Source of the DNA: Moniliella sp. 'wahieum'
Lineage: Eukaryota
Length of the DNA stretch: 64,000 nt
Assembly: GCA_003971905.1 (NCBI GenBank)
Contig: RSEE01000015.1
Location: 496,001-560,000, forward strand
Direction: 5' to 3'
In this document: in pieces, positions 30,822-44,409 of the stretch
Layout of the letters: each line of letters starts with the position of its first letter
How positions within the stretch are numbered: the first letter of the stretch is position 1
Translations under genes and position numbers: made by a program
The notes under the pieces: model-generated
What the model was told of the DNA's origin: nothing
Database searches by the model: none
Seen by the model: the letters and a program-made list of their open reading frames with translations, nothing else

Positions 30822-32759
30822 ATGGCCGTCCCAAGCACCGCCACGGCGCCTCGTCCCGCCCCGACGCCTGCCAAGACCCCTACATCCGATAGCAGCATCG
30901 GATATGGCCCCCGCTCCTATCAGCCCTTTCACCGCTCGCTCGGGGCCTTCAAATAATTTTGGTGCCGTGGCCATGTTCCGCGCCATGAGCCACTCCTCGC
31001 CCGTATCCTTAGAGCCGGCTGCTGCGCTGGGTAGTGCACCCGCCTCGAAACCACAGCGTACGCCAGCCTCTTCCCCCTACCCTCCAACTCCATCTCCCCT
31101 TCCCCCCGCCTCCACCGCCCCCGCCGCCGCAACACCCATCCCACCCAGCGTTGCCCATGGCAAAACCTACAGTCCCCAACGCAGATCGAAGGCAGCGCTT
31201 GCGCCGTCTGTCCTCGGAATTCAACGTTGACAGCTACGCTGCCTATAGCTCGGGAATGGCCTCTGTCTACCCGCGTCCTACCTCCCCCTAGTCTGCCTCC
31301 CTTCTCACCCACCCAAGCCATCATGGACCAGTTGCATGCCCACCTGCCTCCTGACGCGCCTCGCCGTTCTTCCCACCGCGGTCGGGCCGGGGTTCACTCC
31401 GCCCACCCCCTCGCTCCGAGCGAGCTCTGAAGCCGACAGCTCGCCCAGTCTCTCGGATCGCGACTCGGTTCAAGTTGACATTTTCCCGTCGCTTGCCAGT
31501 GGCCAGTGGACCCAGTGGACCCAGCAGACCCAGCGGACCCAGTGCCCCAACCCCGGACAACGTCCGTCGACGTTGCAGCCGCATTGAAGGCAGCTGAAGC
31601 GGCGCGGATGTTGGCTTCGCATCCATCCGTGGGAACTGTATGCGCAGCTGGCCGACATGGCCTGCCAGAACGCCCCCCTGGTCCCTACCACGGCCGATCC
31701 GAGCTTGCTCGTGGTGACAGAGCAGCCAACCGAGATCTGGTCCGGTACCTCGCGTACCACAGAGGATTGGGACCGACCGAAACGCAAGCGCGACCTGGCC
31801 ATGCACGATCTTGTCCCTCCTGCATCTGCGTCTGCGTCTGCGTTTGTGTCTGCATCTGCGTCTGTGCCTGTGCCTATGCCTGTTCAGGCTGCCGGTCCTG
31901 CGTCTTCCCTTTCGCCTTCCCCTGGTTGCTTGGAGCCTCAGCCTCCTGCTACCCTAACTGAACGGGAGAAAGGGGAGGGGAGTGGGAAGCCCCCCGAGCC
32001 GGATCCGGAAGACTTTTGGTTTGGCTCGAGCGACTGGGTGGCGCCTGTGAGGCCGAGTGCGCCGGAGGTGGACTGGAGTAAGCTGGGGCAGGCCATGGCG
32101 TGCGGACGGATACCTACCAAGGTGGGCGATGCCATTCGTACATGCCACAACGTGAATGTCCGACGTGGGCCGTACGACCCTCCGTCACCCAGCAAAGCGG
32201 GGCGGCAACCGCACCTTGACAAGGTGCGGCGGGAGGTCTTGTCGGGGCCGGCCCGACTTGGTTGCCCTCTACATTAACCGGTTACGGCCAAGATGACTGC
32301 GCCGCTTCGGAGGGCCGATGGCGGACTGGACGTAGGTGCGAACCGGTTGAGCAAGGCTGAGAAGAAAAAGAATCACCTTGCTTCGGAGCATAAACGCCGA
32401 ACTAACATTCGGCGTGGATACCAGGACTTGGCTGCGCTCGTCCCTTCTCTGCAGCACTATGCGCGCGATACTATCAAGGTAGGCATTTCGATGGAAAGTC
32501 ACTATCTCCACCAAAGTACGCATCCTCCCCTCCCCTCCCCTTTGCCCCTTACTCGGCAGCTATTGTGAGCCCGAGGAAGGTTCGCCCGTACTCCATGCTG
32601 ACTCGCTCATTGTGGTGCACAGCGGTGGAGCATATGCGGCACTTGATCGAAATCAATGCTGCGCTCAGCTCCAAGCGAGGCGAAATGCTAAGTCTGCTGG
32701 AGAAGGCGTATGGGGTGGACTTTTTGCTTCCGCCTACGGCCGAGATGGAGACGGTGTGA
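30822..32759 (+). CDS. bHLH transcription factor (Ino4/Mlx-like basic region) with a long low-complexity N-terminus
   Basis: RLSKAEKKKNHLASEHKRRTNIRRGYQDLAALVPSL (H5-E9-R13 basic region), then AVEHMRHLIEINAAL after a probable intron. The upstream part is a chain of frameshifted P/S-rich ORFs, so the start is uncertain. Confidence 0.8.
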
Positions 32760-33514
32760 ACAGAGGGAAACATGAGTTGCATTCATGAGTAACAACAGCC
32801 GGTATCATATGGGTGTTGGAGCCGGTCGTATGGGCAGGGGGGTACGGGCATCGGATGATGCACATTCTGCTGACGGCAAGGGCTGGCTGCCGGTACAGGG
32901 GATAGTAAAAGCGTTGAGTCGCAGACTGAACGTCTGGCACGCGAACCAAGCTGATCAAGTGCGGGGGGAAGCGTGTTGGGCGGTGAGCTTGTGCTTGTGC
33001 TTGTGTGCTTGTGCTGGTGGGGGGTGGCATGAAAGTGCGATGCATGGTGCATGATGCGTGGTGCATGATGATCTGCACGTGGGGCCCGGTGGGGCCGGTG
33101 GGGCGGCAGAGTGGGCAGTGCGCAGGCGAGACAGACCCCGTGCTGTGGCCAGGATGGCCCAGAGGCTGGAGACTGAGCCTGCGGCCGCAGAGCTGTGCTC
33201 CAGCATCAAGTACTGCCTCCGCCTGGAGAGGGAGCGGTGGCCGGTGGCCGGTGGGGCGGGAGGTACGATGGATGATGCAAGGATGCATGGGGCACAGGCC
33301 TTGCTTGTCCATGTCGATCTCGATGATCCGCAGGCCCGCATGTATAGGCGCCGATCCTGGCATCTATAGCTGTGGCTATGCAGACTGATGATCGATGGCC
33401 AGTAAGCCAGTGGTCAGAAGGGAGTGTTACTTGAATTCCGTCGCGCTGGCTGTCGACACCGCCCAGGTCTCCCCACCACCTCCTTGCTTTGGTGCTCGCA
33501 GCGTCCGACATCCT

Positions 33515-34091
33515 ATGAGTCTTCTATCCTTCCTCGCGCTCAGTGCAGCTGCAGGCGCCGTCTGGCCAGCACGCTCGAACAACAACTCGGTACTGTCCGC
33601 CTTTCTCCAGCTGCAACACCAGTACTTTGACGGTGCCCCGCTCACTGTGTCCGAGCAGGAGGAGCTGGTCCACTCGGTCAGCTCATCCACTCCACCCCCC
33701 CCCGACCTCAAAGTCATGACAGGCACCACCACCGAGGGGAAACAATTTGCTCACGACTTGCTCGCTGGCCACTTGCCCGCCGCGCACGCCAAGCGCACCA
33801 ATCTCAAGGGCGGCCGCCCCGCCGTGGGGGAGATCCCCAATGTTCATCAACCTGTACCAGGTGGCCGCCAAGCCTGACGCGACGGACGCCGAGGTGAGCG
33901 AGCTGGTCAAGTTGGGCATGCATATGCTCGATCAGGGCATCTCCATTGGCTCGCTTCGTCCTGCTTGGCACGGACCACACGGGAAGCAAGATGCTTCACA
34001 CTATTCTCCAAGCCCACTCGGACAACAAGAGCACGCGCCGCCCGTCCCGCCGCCACGAACGCACGTCGAAGGCGACGCTGAATTGAAGTGA
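33515..34091 (+). CDS. Hypothetical small, probably secreted protein (about 190 aa, one frameshift)
   Basis: MSLLSFLALSAAAGA hydrophobic N-terminus and coding-like GC3 bias. ORFs 33395-33877 and 33747-34091 join via one frameshift. Confidence 0.55.
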
Positions 34092-35662
34092 GTGAACTAG
34101 GAGAGTGATATGTGTGCACCTCATCCTCCCTACCCCATCTCTCGCTTCACGTTACGGTTCTTGAAGAAATTCCTTGTGCCGTTGCTGGTCTCTTCGTTGG
34201 TTTCTCTCATGCCTCTCTTATACTGGGCGATATGGGCTCCCCTAGAGCGCCAATCTTTGCCTTCACTCTGGGGTGCTGATGCCCCCTTGTGTGCTTGAAG
34301 CATTATTTTCGTTGTTTGGTTCACCTTTTTTTTTTGCGCTCCTCCCTCTTGGGAAGGAGAGATACAGTTAGCAGTACTCATGTAACTCGTTCACTCAGCT
34401 TTGCCCAGATTCAACTCTGAACTCTCCCAACTGGGGAAGCAGAGGTTTTAATCACAATGTCATTGAACAGAAAGATTAGTAGTATTAAGAAGGCAAGTGT
34501 CCCGTAGTTCCGGGCAGAGCTGAGTCTCAGCTCACTTGGGCCCTTCCTTATCGATATCAGCCCCTTATCTCCCACATAGCTCACCCATGGATCCCCAGTT
34601 TTTCCTATCCACGAAAAAGAGGTCGCAGGAGAGGGTTTCTCAGATGTTCTTGGCTCTCCACTCTCTTCACATGGAGACGTGTCTGTGGCCGCCATAACCG
34701 CAGGGGGATAACGAGCTGCAAAACCCGGCCACACACCCATTTGGGCAGCCGTTTGGCAAGTGGACGCAGGAAGGCCAATCGATGGCGATGATGGTGGGAT
34801 CGATGAAATAGTACTCGAGCAGTCGAGCGTAATAATTGTACGGCCCGAGTGGGCTACGAGAAAGGGTATATATAGGTGCATGGAACCAATCAATGGTGGA
34901 GAGAAGTAGCGTGTGATTGGTAAGAAATTGAAATGGCACCCAGCATTAATTTCTCGTAACGCTGACGCGCAATCCCCACGTACCTCCGCACTGCACCACC
35001 ACCACCACCACTGGGATTAAAAAGGATGATGCTTGTGCCGAGGTAGGGCCTTTTGATGAGCGGCGGATGCTGGGGGATGGAGCGGAGGTCGGTGGCGGCT
35101 GGTCCAGTGGCTCCGCGGTTGCGATATCGGATCGCCGCCCCTGTGCCCGCGCAGGCACCGAGACGCGCGATTCGATCTGCGATCGGGGTTGGGTGGTTGT
35201 ATATGCTGTACAAGCGAGCACGGTGGTTAGGCCCGCAGCCGGCGTCCCTCGCAGGGCATATCTCGTGCACCGCCATGGCGCAAGGAGGTGCCGATCGAAG
35301 CGGCGTTGGTCCCTGCCCCCGCCGCCCAGCTCACGGACGGCGCGCATTCCACCATAGTACCACCGCACGCGCCCTGCCCCTGTCCCCCCGCGCCCCCCGC
35401 AGCCGCATACACAGCCGCCATCCAGCGAACTCCCCAGCCGCAGCAGACAGCCAACCGCCCCTTGCGTCGGGGCCATACAGCCGAGGAGAGAGCTGGCAGT
35501 AGGCGTATAGCCGTGCGTCTGCGTCTGCGCTCCCCTCCCCTTCCCTCCCCATCCCCGCACCCGTGCCCTTTTCTTTCCTCCTTCCCCACCACCCCCTCCG
35601 CGCGCCCCCTTCCTGCTACTGCCCACACTCCCTTTTCCTCCTCCTCTCTTGCCCTTGTCGCC

Positions 35663-37215
35663 ATGGCCACCACACCGGCCCTCACCGGACTTCAAGCAGC
35701 CATCCAGCGCGCCCAGGCCCGCCAGCGCGCTAGCAGCAGCAGCCCCACGTCAGCAGTCCGGTGCTCAGCGCCGTGTCTGGTGGCGGTCGCCCACGCCATC
35801 CCCTCGCCCGTGAGGTTCAGACCAACGACTCTTCGCCCGCCTCGTCACCCACGCCCTCCATCTCGGCCTCCGCCGACGGCCATCCGTCCAATCGTCTCAC
35901 CGCACCCATCCCATCCCCTCGCCCTCTCCCTCCCATCCACTCGTCCCACTCATTCCTCCTCACTCCCGCTCCTGAGGAGCCAAGGGCTTCACTGAAACCC
36001 GCACCCCGCCGGTTGCTGAGGGGAACGAGCGTCCGCTTCCATCTCCAACCTCTCCAACCCCTATCAACCTCTCAACGTTTGGGGGGAGCGCATGGAATGG
36101 TCTTGTATGACGCTGATGACATAACGACGGTCATTATGATCCCGACGGTGCTGACGATTCATCCGTCTACAACCTTACAGCCATCAGTGCATCCGCCTCC
36201 GATCACAGCAACCATTCTCCCTCATGAAGCATCCGGCGTCGGAGTCACTTCCTCTTCTCCGACACTCTTCCGGGTGCATCAAGACTACCGTGGCCAGTCC
36301 TTTGCTCAACGTCTAAGCGCAGATTCAAGAGCAAGAACAGGATCAAATTCAAGAACCAGAGCAAAAAGAATATGAGAAAACAGATCACGCGGCTGCTCCG
36401 TCCCTACCAGCAAAGCCGCCCAAGTCGTTGGATCTTTCTTCTTCATCGCCTGCAATTTCTTCCTGTCAAACAGGATCACACGGGCTGCCCAACACCGACT
36501 CACTGATGCGCATCATGCCAACGGTAGGGCACCGCGGACGGGGACAAGACTAAAGGCCCTCCCCTTGCCCCCAAAATGGAACGCACAGACGATGACAACG
36601 AGGGAGGAGGTAGTGCGCATCCGCAAATGGCTGAGCGCGGAAGAGAGCAAGACGGGGTTCAACCAAGACAAGGGCCAACCTTTTGCGGCGAGACTCTCTT
36701 GGTACAATGGAGAACAACACAGGTTCTCCCAATTCAGTACAGACTCCCTGCACACTCCTCATAATAGACTTTCTCAGTCTCTGTCGCTCGCCGACCCACG
36801 GAACCAGGCGGCATCTCACTTGGGTCCACTGTCTAGTCCTTTGCGACTGGATCCTCCCGGGTTCCCGAAGCAGCTGCTACGGCTGATACGATTCGCACTT
36901 ACCACCAGTCCCGCCACTTCTCCGCCCATCAGCCCTTCCCATCCTTCACCGCATGCACATCTTCATCACCAAGCGCGGACTCTTCCCCTTCGGTCGACGA
37001 GATTTGTTCATGTTCCTTCCCGCCGACACTCGGCAATCCTTAGTAGTGATGGCAACGATCTCCCCCCTCCTCCGTCACTTGCTGCGTTGGCAGCTGCCCA
37101 AACGGGTGAGCCCACCCTCAGCTCTGCCTCCAGCCGGGGAAGTGGAGGCAAGGACGAAGAGCGGCGATTCTCTCACTGCAGCCCCTTGCGGAGAGTGAGG
37201 AGGAAGGGGCGGTAG
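35663..37215 (+). CDS. Hypothetical S/P-rich coding region, possibly the N-terminal extension of the downstream DUF3533 gene
   Basis: GCCATGG start after a pyrimidine-rich leader (MATTPALTGLQAAIQRAQARQR), followed by overlapping plus-strand ORFs running up to the DUF3533 ORF with no obvious intergenic gap. Confidence 0.4.
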
Positions 37216-37378
37216 AGGAGAAGAAGAACCGGCCACGGCTGCTCCCCCTTCTTCGGGTTTGGCAGATGAAGGATTACCAGCACTCCTTCGACCGGTTCTT
37301 GGATGAACCGTAACACAATTATCAGTGTCGTGCTTCACAGCCACGTTGGTCGACTGGAAGCGTCGCTCACTTTGGGAT

Positions 37379-39126
37379 ATGACGGGTGGTGCGCGCAAGT
37401 CGTTCATCTCGGGGCACAGGTCGAGCATCATGCCATTGGATGATGATGAGAAGAAACCGGGAGGTGCACTCCCCAACCCTGCTGCGGGCCCACCGGGGGG
37501 AAACGAAGGTGCTGGCCCCCCTGGCGGCGGCCCCCCCGGTGGTGGACCTCCGGGGGGCAAGCCTCCTCTCGAGTTTGCAAGCCACAGTATCTTTGATCCC
37601 AAGTTGCGGCCCTTGTTCCAGCCCATCTTCAAGGGCTACGTGCCCTTTATCGCCCTCTTGTCAGTTGTTGTCATTTGGGGCATCGTACCTATCTTTGTGA
37701 GTATAGATTTCATGGAAACGCTTCACTGGAAAATGACTAACGTTGATCTCGTCCTATGTGCAGTGGGGTTCGCTTTACCGCCTTACCTCTCGTAACTTGA
37801 CAGCTTTCATCATCAACGGTGACCCTAACGGACAGATTGGCGATGTGATCCAAACGGCGTTGCTGGCAAGCGACCACCCGGGCAACAAGAAACGCCTTCA
37901 CTGGGTTGCCAAAACCCGTTCGGATTTCCCTACGACAGACAGCATCCACAAGGCATTGAAACGGACCAGTCGGCTTGGTGGCGGTTGAAGTGATGAACAA
38001 CGCTACCCAGGCGCTTGTCACGGCCCAACAATCAGGGGACACGAAGTGGGACCCCAATGCGGTCATTCAGATTTGGTACACCTCGGCGCGCAACTACATG
38101 GCAATGACCAGTCAGATTGTGGGGCCCACCAAGGGGTCTTAATTGACACGATGGACCAGCTCAACATCAACATTACTTCAACCTGGATCCAGAACACGCT
38201 TCGTTCGAAACCAACAGTACCGAGATGACGACGGTACTTAACTTTGGCCTCCAAGCCCCTCAGACCATCGGCCACGCTGTCGACTTTACCGAGAACGACA
38301 TCAATCCATTTGACCAAACGTCACGGTTGCTACCACCACGTTTGTTGGGTTGATCTACATTTTGCTCTTAGCGTTCAACATTACCATGGCGCTCTTTGGT
38401 TCCCGGCAACCGATCCTTCCGTTTTTGCGTCTTCGCCACCTTTTGATCCTGCGCCTGGCAATCCCCACTCTCACCACCTGCTGGTTTCGTTTGTATTTAG
38501 CATGATCAACTTACCTTTCCACGCCAAGTTTTCCAATCTAGGTCCGAGCGCAGCCGCTGGCTTCTTTGCCTTCTTTGCCATGCTGTTTACCGGTATGATG
38601 GTTCTAGGGCTTTGACTGAATTGGCACTGGAACTCCTTGGGCCGAAGTTTGTCGCATTTGGGCTGATGTTCCTCGTGATCATGAACGTTTCCGGGGCGCA
38701 GTACCCGATCCCGATGCTGAACAGCTCTTCTACCGCATCGTACGCACTACCCTTTTACAACCTACGTCAAGCCTTTCTCAAGATCCTGTACGACCAAGGC
38801 CCGAAGTGGGCTTGTTTGTCAACTGGGTCATCCTGTTTGCTTGGCTCGTCATTCTCCTTGCTGTCTTCCCCTTCTTTATCCGTCGGGACCAGCACAAGGC
38901 GATTGCCATGCGCAAGGCCGCGCGCGCGGGTGGCGGGCCAGGCGGCGGAGGGCCTCCCGGTCCTCCTGGTCCTCCTGGTCCTCCTGGTCCTCCTGGTCCT
39001 CCTGGTCCTCCTGGTCCTCCCAGTGCACCGGGTCCACCGGTCCACCGGGCGCCCCTTCTTCGTCGAGCGGAGGTGGACTTCCAGCTCACAAGCTGCGGAT
39101 CTGTCGACCGACAAAAGGAGGTGTAG
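37379..39126 (+). CDS. SNG1-family / DUF3533 multi-pass membrane protein
   Basis: SIFDPKL...VVIWGIVPIF|WGSLY (intron 37697-37763), NATQAL...WDPNAVIQIWYTSARN, FSMINLPFH, LLGPKFVAFGLMFLVIMNVSGAQYPIPML, YALPFYN. Frameshifted. Confidence 0.8.
38950..39021 (+). repeat. (GGTCCTCCT)n repeat encoding (Gly-Pro-Pro)8
   Basis: Near-perfect 9-bp tandem repeat in the C-terminal tail of the DUF3533 gene. Confidence 0.9.
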
Positions 39127-39763
39127 GGTGTAATCTTTTGGTTTATGATGGGCACACACCCCTGTGATCTTTTCATCATCTCTCGGTTCTTGGTATAAGA
39201 AAAAAGAAACTTGGGCGCTCGTTTTTCTTTCCTTTTTTTTCTCCTTTTGTGGCCACCACCTGTCTCTATTCCTTAAGATTTTTGGTTTCTCTTGGTTTGC
39301 CTGTTTCGCTATGCACATGCCCGCCGACTTTGCGCGCGCACCACATTACATCCTCGTTTCGTATTCGCACACAGGGTACCTTTGTGGGTACCGATACGAG
39401 CCATTTGATTCGATTCGATTCTCGATTCTCGATTTTCGATTCGTTTTACCAAGTTTTGATTTTTTTCTACCTACTCCTCTGGCCCCGTCTCTTACCGGGG
39501 CTGATTGTTCCAGTATGAATCGTATCGCCTTCATCCTCTCCGTGCCCTTTCCCCCCAGTCTCTTCCATTCTATGGCCTCAGTCTCCAGTCTCCCTCTTTT
39601 GTCCTTCTTCTACGACACACACACCCTCTACATTCAGATGACGAGTGTGTTCTGTGATTGGTGGGGGGGGTGAAACGTTCCGACCACACCAACCCACAAA
39701 CACGCCTCTGACTCATCTTCCACACCAACCCACACGCTCCTCGTCTTCCACACAACAGCCAAT

Positions 39764-39834
39764 GGGTGGGAGTGGGAGTGGGGTGGGCATGGAGTGGGAG
39801 TGGGCATGGAGTGGGAGTGGGCATGGGAGTGGGG
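39764..39834 (+). repeat. G-rich GTGGGA/GTGGGCATGGA repeat with G-quadruplex potential
   Basis: About 11 GGG tracts with short loops in intergenic DNA. Confidence 0.75.
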
Positions 39835-40362
39835 ATAAGTGTTTTGCGGTGTGGGCTGGTTGGTTTTGTGGCGTTTACTCAAATTCAAGTCCTTTGATGC
39901 TCTTTTGTCCGTCGGATGCAAAAGCGTGCGACCTATAGTTGTTGCTGATGCTGGCGTGTCAGCCTGACAGCTCAGCCTGGGCCCTACTGCAGATACATGT
40001 GCAGGTCGGAGAGAGAGATGATGGTTGAACGTTGAACGTTGACGGTTGATACATGATACTTGATGGACGAACGGGCGCTTAGTATTCTCCCCATGTACGG
40101 GGGATGGGACGGAGAGCGTATCATGTACCAGTACCGAGGACCGAGTATGCAGTATGGATCAGCAACCTGGGACTGGATCGAGAGAACGGTTAGTACTTAG
40201 ATGGACAGACAACGAGTTCCTGCAATTAATATGCAAAAACGTTATGCACAAAAACATATATGGCTGAGATCGGGCATTGCACACGCCAATAACATGTACC
40301 AGCCGCATTCTCTTCGAACTAGACGATTCTTCTTTCTTCTTTCCTAGCAGAGTATATCCGTC

Positions 40363-40423
40363 CGTTTTCCAACCTCGTTTTCCAACCTCGTTTTCCAACC
40401 TCGTTTTCCAACCTCGTTTTCCA
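40363..40423 (+). repeat. 13-bp minisatellite (CGTTTTCCAACCT) x4.7
   Basis: Perfect copies starting at 40363, 40376, 40389 and 40402; partial copy at 40415. Confidence 0.92.
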
Positions 40424-41436
40424 CATGCCTTGTGTTGCACCTGGGTTGCCTAGTGTCTTCTCACCGACTACGCAATACGCACCCCAGTAGGTTAAAGTCT
40501 CTTCGTCTCTCGATCGCACGTTTCAAATTTCACGTGTCACTGCCAAGCCCAATGCTAATGCTCATGCCAAGAGTTGCGGGCTCCTCCGGGGCGCAGCGCT
40601 TGGTGCTTGCGCAGCCACAACCCCTCGGTAGTCGGTAGTCCCTATACTTAGTCCTCCCACACGCGCCACTTCTCCCGCGATATTCGATGCGCTCGAGGTG
40701 CCAGGACGGGGGCGTGGTACGCGTGACTAGTGACGCCGTGCCGGTTGTGCCACCACGCCTGCGGTCCCTGCATTTCGTTTCGTCGTCTTTCGTGGCAGGA
40801 GGCGACGGCAGTGAGGAGCTAGTGAGACCTGAGGGAGTACTGAGTGCCTAGTGCCTGTCACATGTCACTAGTTGATGATCGATGACGATGACGATGACGA
40901 TCGATGAATGGGTAAACAGACGATTGATGACGTCGATGACGACACTCGTGTTGGCCTGAGGCCTGAGGCGCTTTGGACCACACCCATCCGCTGGACGCTT
41001 ACCGTGGCCATGTGCATGTGACCGACGGCGCGTTCGAGCCCAGGCCTGGCCAAAGCCAAGTCGGAACTGAGAAGGAGCTTAAAGGAAGCTTGAAGCTTGT
41101 GGAGCCGGAGAAGGAGGCTCCGCCTGAGCGCCTGTGCGCTCAGCCTGAGCGACAGGGGGCAGCGGCACGGATCCCACACCCCCTGCGTCGGTTTGTGGGG
41201 TGGACCGGTGATGTCAGCACAGGGGCAGTGGCAGTGGGTGACCGCCCCCACCAGGCTCGGTTTTTTCCGCCGCCACCAGCCACTGCATGTCACCGGTCAG
41301 CCGGCCAGCTGATCATGGTCAGGTTACTTGACCCGGCCACTTGACCCGGGCAGTAGCCGCTAGCCACTGCAGCCTGGCTCCCAGTCCTCCCCACTGCCCC
41401 CCAGATTGAGCGCCGCTGCCACCACCTCCCTCCGCC

Positions 41437-43101
41437 ATGGCCACCCCTCCTGCCGCGACCAAGAGGACCAGGACGCAGCTGCCAAGGTGATCCAAGAGGC
41501 GTGGAAGCGGCACGCGTCGCAGCGTGCGGACCAGCTGTGGGGCGAGACGTTGTCGTCGCTTACGAGTAAGCAGGTGCAGCAGCAGTCGCGATCGCAGCAG
41601 CCGGGTGCACCGCAGCAGCGGTGGCAGCGCGAGCGTTTTATGTGCAGCAGCTTGCTGGTCGACCGCGTGGGTCAAGGTCAGGTCCAGGTCCAGATGAAGA
41701 TGGGGATGGTCGTGCGGATGGGATGCGGAGGAACAGATGCGCAGATGCGGCGGAGAAGCCTGATGGTCCTGTGGTTGGAGGGCCGTCGCTTGTGCCGCGG
41801 ACCAAGCACAACGAGTCTCTGCCCGCAACGCAGGAGAAGAGTTTGCACTTGATTGAGCGTTGGGCGGCGCGGGGCAAGCCCGAAAAGGGAGGCAAGGACG
41901 GTAAGATGATGGACCAGGGGTATTGGCTTGAGCTGGTTGATAAGCACCACCGCTACGGCTCCAACCTGAAGCATTACCATACCGAGTGGGCCAACAGCCA
42001 CCGAGCAAAACTTTTTCTATTGGCTTGATCATGGCGAGGGGAAAAAGTGGACTTGCCTTCGTGCTCTCGCGCTCAGCTCGACGCAGAGTGTGTCACCTAC
42101 TTGACTGCATCTCAGCGACGCAATTACATTGTCGATGTGGACGCTAAGGGCCGCCTCATCTTTCGGCGCAACGGCCAGGCGGTCGATACGTCTCCCTACC
42201 GCTGGACGGATTTGGGCGAGGGGCGGGGATCGGTCCGTTGAGTGAGAAGGAGGCTCGGGACGCGCGTGACGAGGCCCGTCGACGGAATTCGAGCGAGTCT
42301 GCTTCTTCTTCTTCTTCTCCTTCCTCGTCCGGGTCCGATTGGAGCAAGTACAGCTCCGATGGCAATTCCGACGAGGAAAGGAGGCGGCAGCGCATTACTC
42401 TACCTAATACGTCGACCGCCCGTGGCCCGCTCAAGCTTCTGACCAACTCAGGGTGGACGACAAGTTGATGCGCAAGACGATCAAGTCCAACACTTGGTTC
42501 GTATATTGCCTGATGGGTTTGTTGTTAGCAAATGAGGGTGGGCAACTGACCTTGTTTCTGTGTTAGGATTTACGTTTGCAACCAGAACTTGGAACTGTAC
42601 GTGGGCAAGAAGACACCAGGCAAGTTCCAGCACAGTTCGTTCCTCAATGGTGGCCGGGTTTTGTCGGCTGGGTTGATTCAGGTGCAGGATGGAGTGCTGC
42701 GCTCCTTATCTCCACTCAGCGGGCACTACCGCACAGGACCTGAGCATTTCAGGTCGTTTGTGTATGCCCTATCGCAAGCCGGGGTGGACATGTCCAAGTG
42801 CAAGTTCTCCAAGTCTCTTATCGCGTTGGGTGTGATGGGAAGTACACTGCCATGCGCAAGGATACCCAAGCTTTCCATTCCAACATCCACTCCAACGCGC
42901 AAGGACGCTGAAAATATCAAGGAGGGCATCAAGAACCTGTTTGTTGGAGGTAGCCGCTCTTCTAACCGGCCAGCTAGACGTGCTTCTCTTCCTCTCCCCA
43001 TTATATGCTTTGACTTTGGCTTTTTGTGGATCCCAGGCAATGTAGAGTGTGTGTTGTGCAGGCCATGCATGATCGGACCGCAAGAGATCCGTTCCGCTTG
43101 A
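41437..43101 (+). CDS. IQ calmodulin-binding motif protein, IQM-like family
   Basis: AAAKVIQEAWKRH (IQ motif), YWLELVDKHHRYGSNLKHYH, FFYWLDHGEG, CSRAQLDAECVTYL, W|IYV (intron 42497-42566), LYVGKKTPGKFQHSSFLNGG...SPLSGHYR. The 3' end is uncertain. Confidence 0.88.
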
Positions 43102-44409
43102 TAGACGCAACAAGGAGCGCAGCATATTTGTATGAAGGGGCAAATTGTGTCAACATGTCAATGGCCGATTCCTGTTACAGCGCACTAAATGAAATGAGAT
43201 CGGTGCAATCTCCCACAGCTGCTGGGGCCCCTTCTCGAGCTTGAGACACCCAAAGCCCCCTCCACGGCCTCATCGCGCCCCATCTTAATCTCATCCCCCT
43301 CTTCATCGCCGCTAGCAAAATGGCAAGCGTAGTAGCCAAGGGAAAGGGAAGGGGAAAGGGCAAGAGCCAATAGAGAGATACTTCGGCACTATGAGCGCAC
43401 GGTCCAGATTCCTGCAGATGACAGCTTCCATTCTAATTACAGAAGAAGGTACACAGTCATCTGTGCGGTCTTCATGGATCGCACAGAACAGATGTTTTGG
43501 ATGAGAAGATCGATGAAGAAGACAGCCATGACCACGAAGCCGTCACCCCTGTGCTACGGAGAAGTTTCTGCAGTATCAGCACAAAGACAATCGTAGGGTA
43601 GCCGTTATTTGAAGGGCGCGCCTAGCCCGCCGCCGTGGCCAAACGGATGCGGGAAAAGAGGGAAGAAGAGGCGGGTGGTGACTCGGGAGAAGCATGTTCT
43701 TAGCGCGCGACAAAAGACGACCGCGGGAAACGTTGTTGTCGAATAGTGAGAGACTAAAACGCAACAAGGGGACAACGCCTCTTCCCCCTGTGGTCCACGA
43801 ACAAAAAGGACAGGGAAAGAACTCCCAAGATGATCCAGAAGTCATTTGCGGTGCGCGCTTTGGTGTGGTTCAACAAGAAGCAGTTATAGCGATAGTCGAT
43901 ACAGGAGGAACTTGGCGACCGTCACCGGGTCACCGATTCCAGCAGCGCCGCGGCAAAGCGCGGCTTTAGGTGCACCCTGAGGCCTGATGCATGATTCGGA
44001 CATGTGCATGACAGCTTTTCCGATAAACCGATTATCTTATCTCACGAATCTATCCTGAAATTGAACCGCCCGAACGTTGGTCCCTCATGCACATGCAGCA
44101 TGCACCATGGACGATGTACTGCCACCTCTGGCTCTTCTGCTCTTTCCTGAGATCTCACGCCTGCTCGGTCCATCAATCTGTCCACCAACTGAGCGACTGA
44201 CATGTTCACATTCACAACACTGGGGTGCTCCCGAGGCGAGTCATGAAATGCAAGTACATACAAGACACGGACAGTGCATCCATCTCTGGTGGCAGGGCGA
44301 GCAAGGTGAAAGCAAAGCACATCATAGGGAGGTGGGGATGCATCGGCTGTACCTGTGCCTGTGCCTGTGCGTTCGAGACAAAAGGTATCACCTGACTGGC
44401 GCGACCAAT

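Noticed and set aside
34411..35276. Minus-strand ORFs between the small secreted gene and 35663
   Set aside because: No consistent frame, codon bias or recognisable motif; cannot support a gene call.
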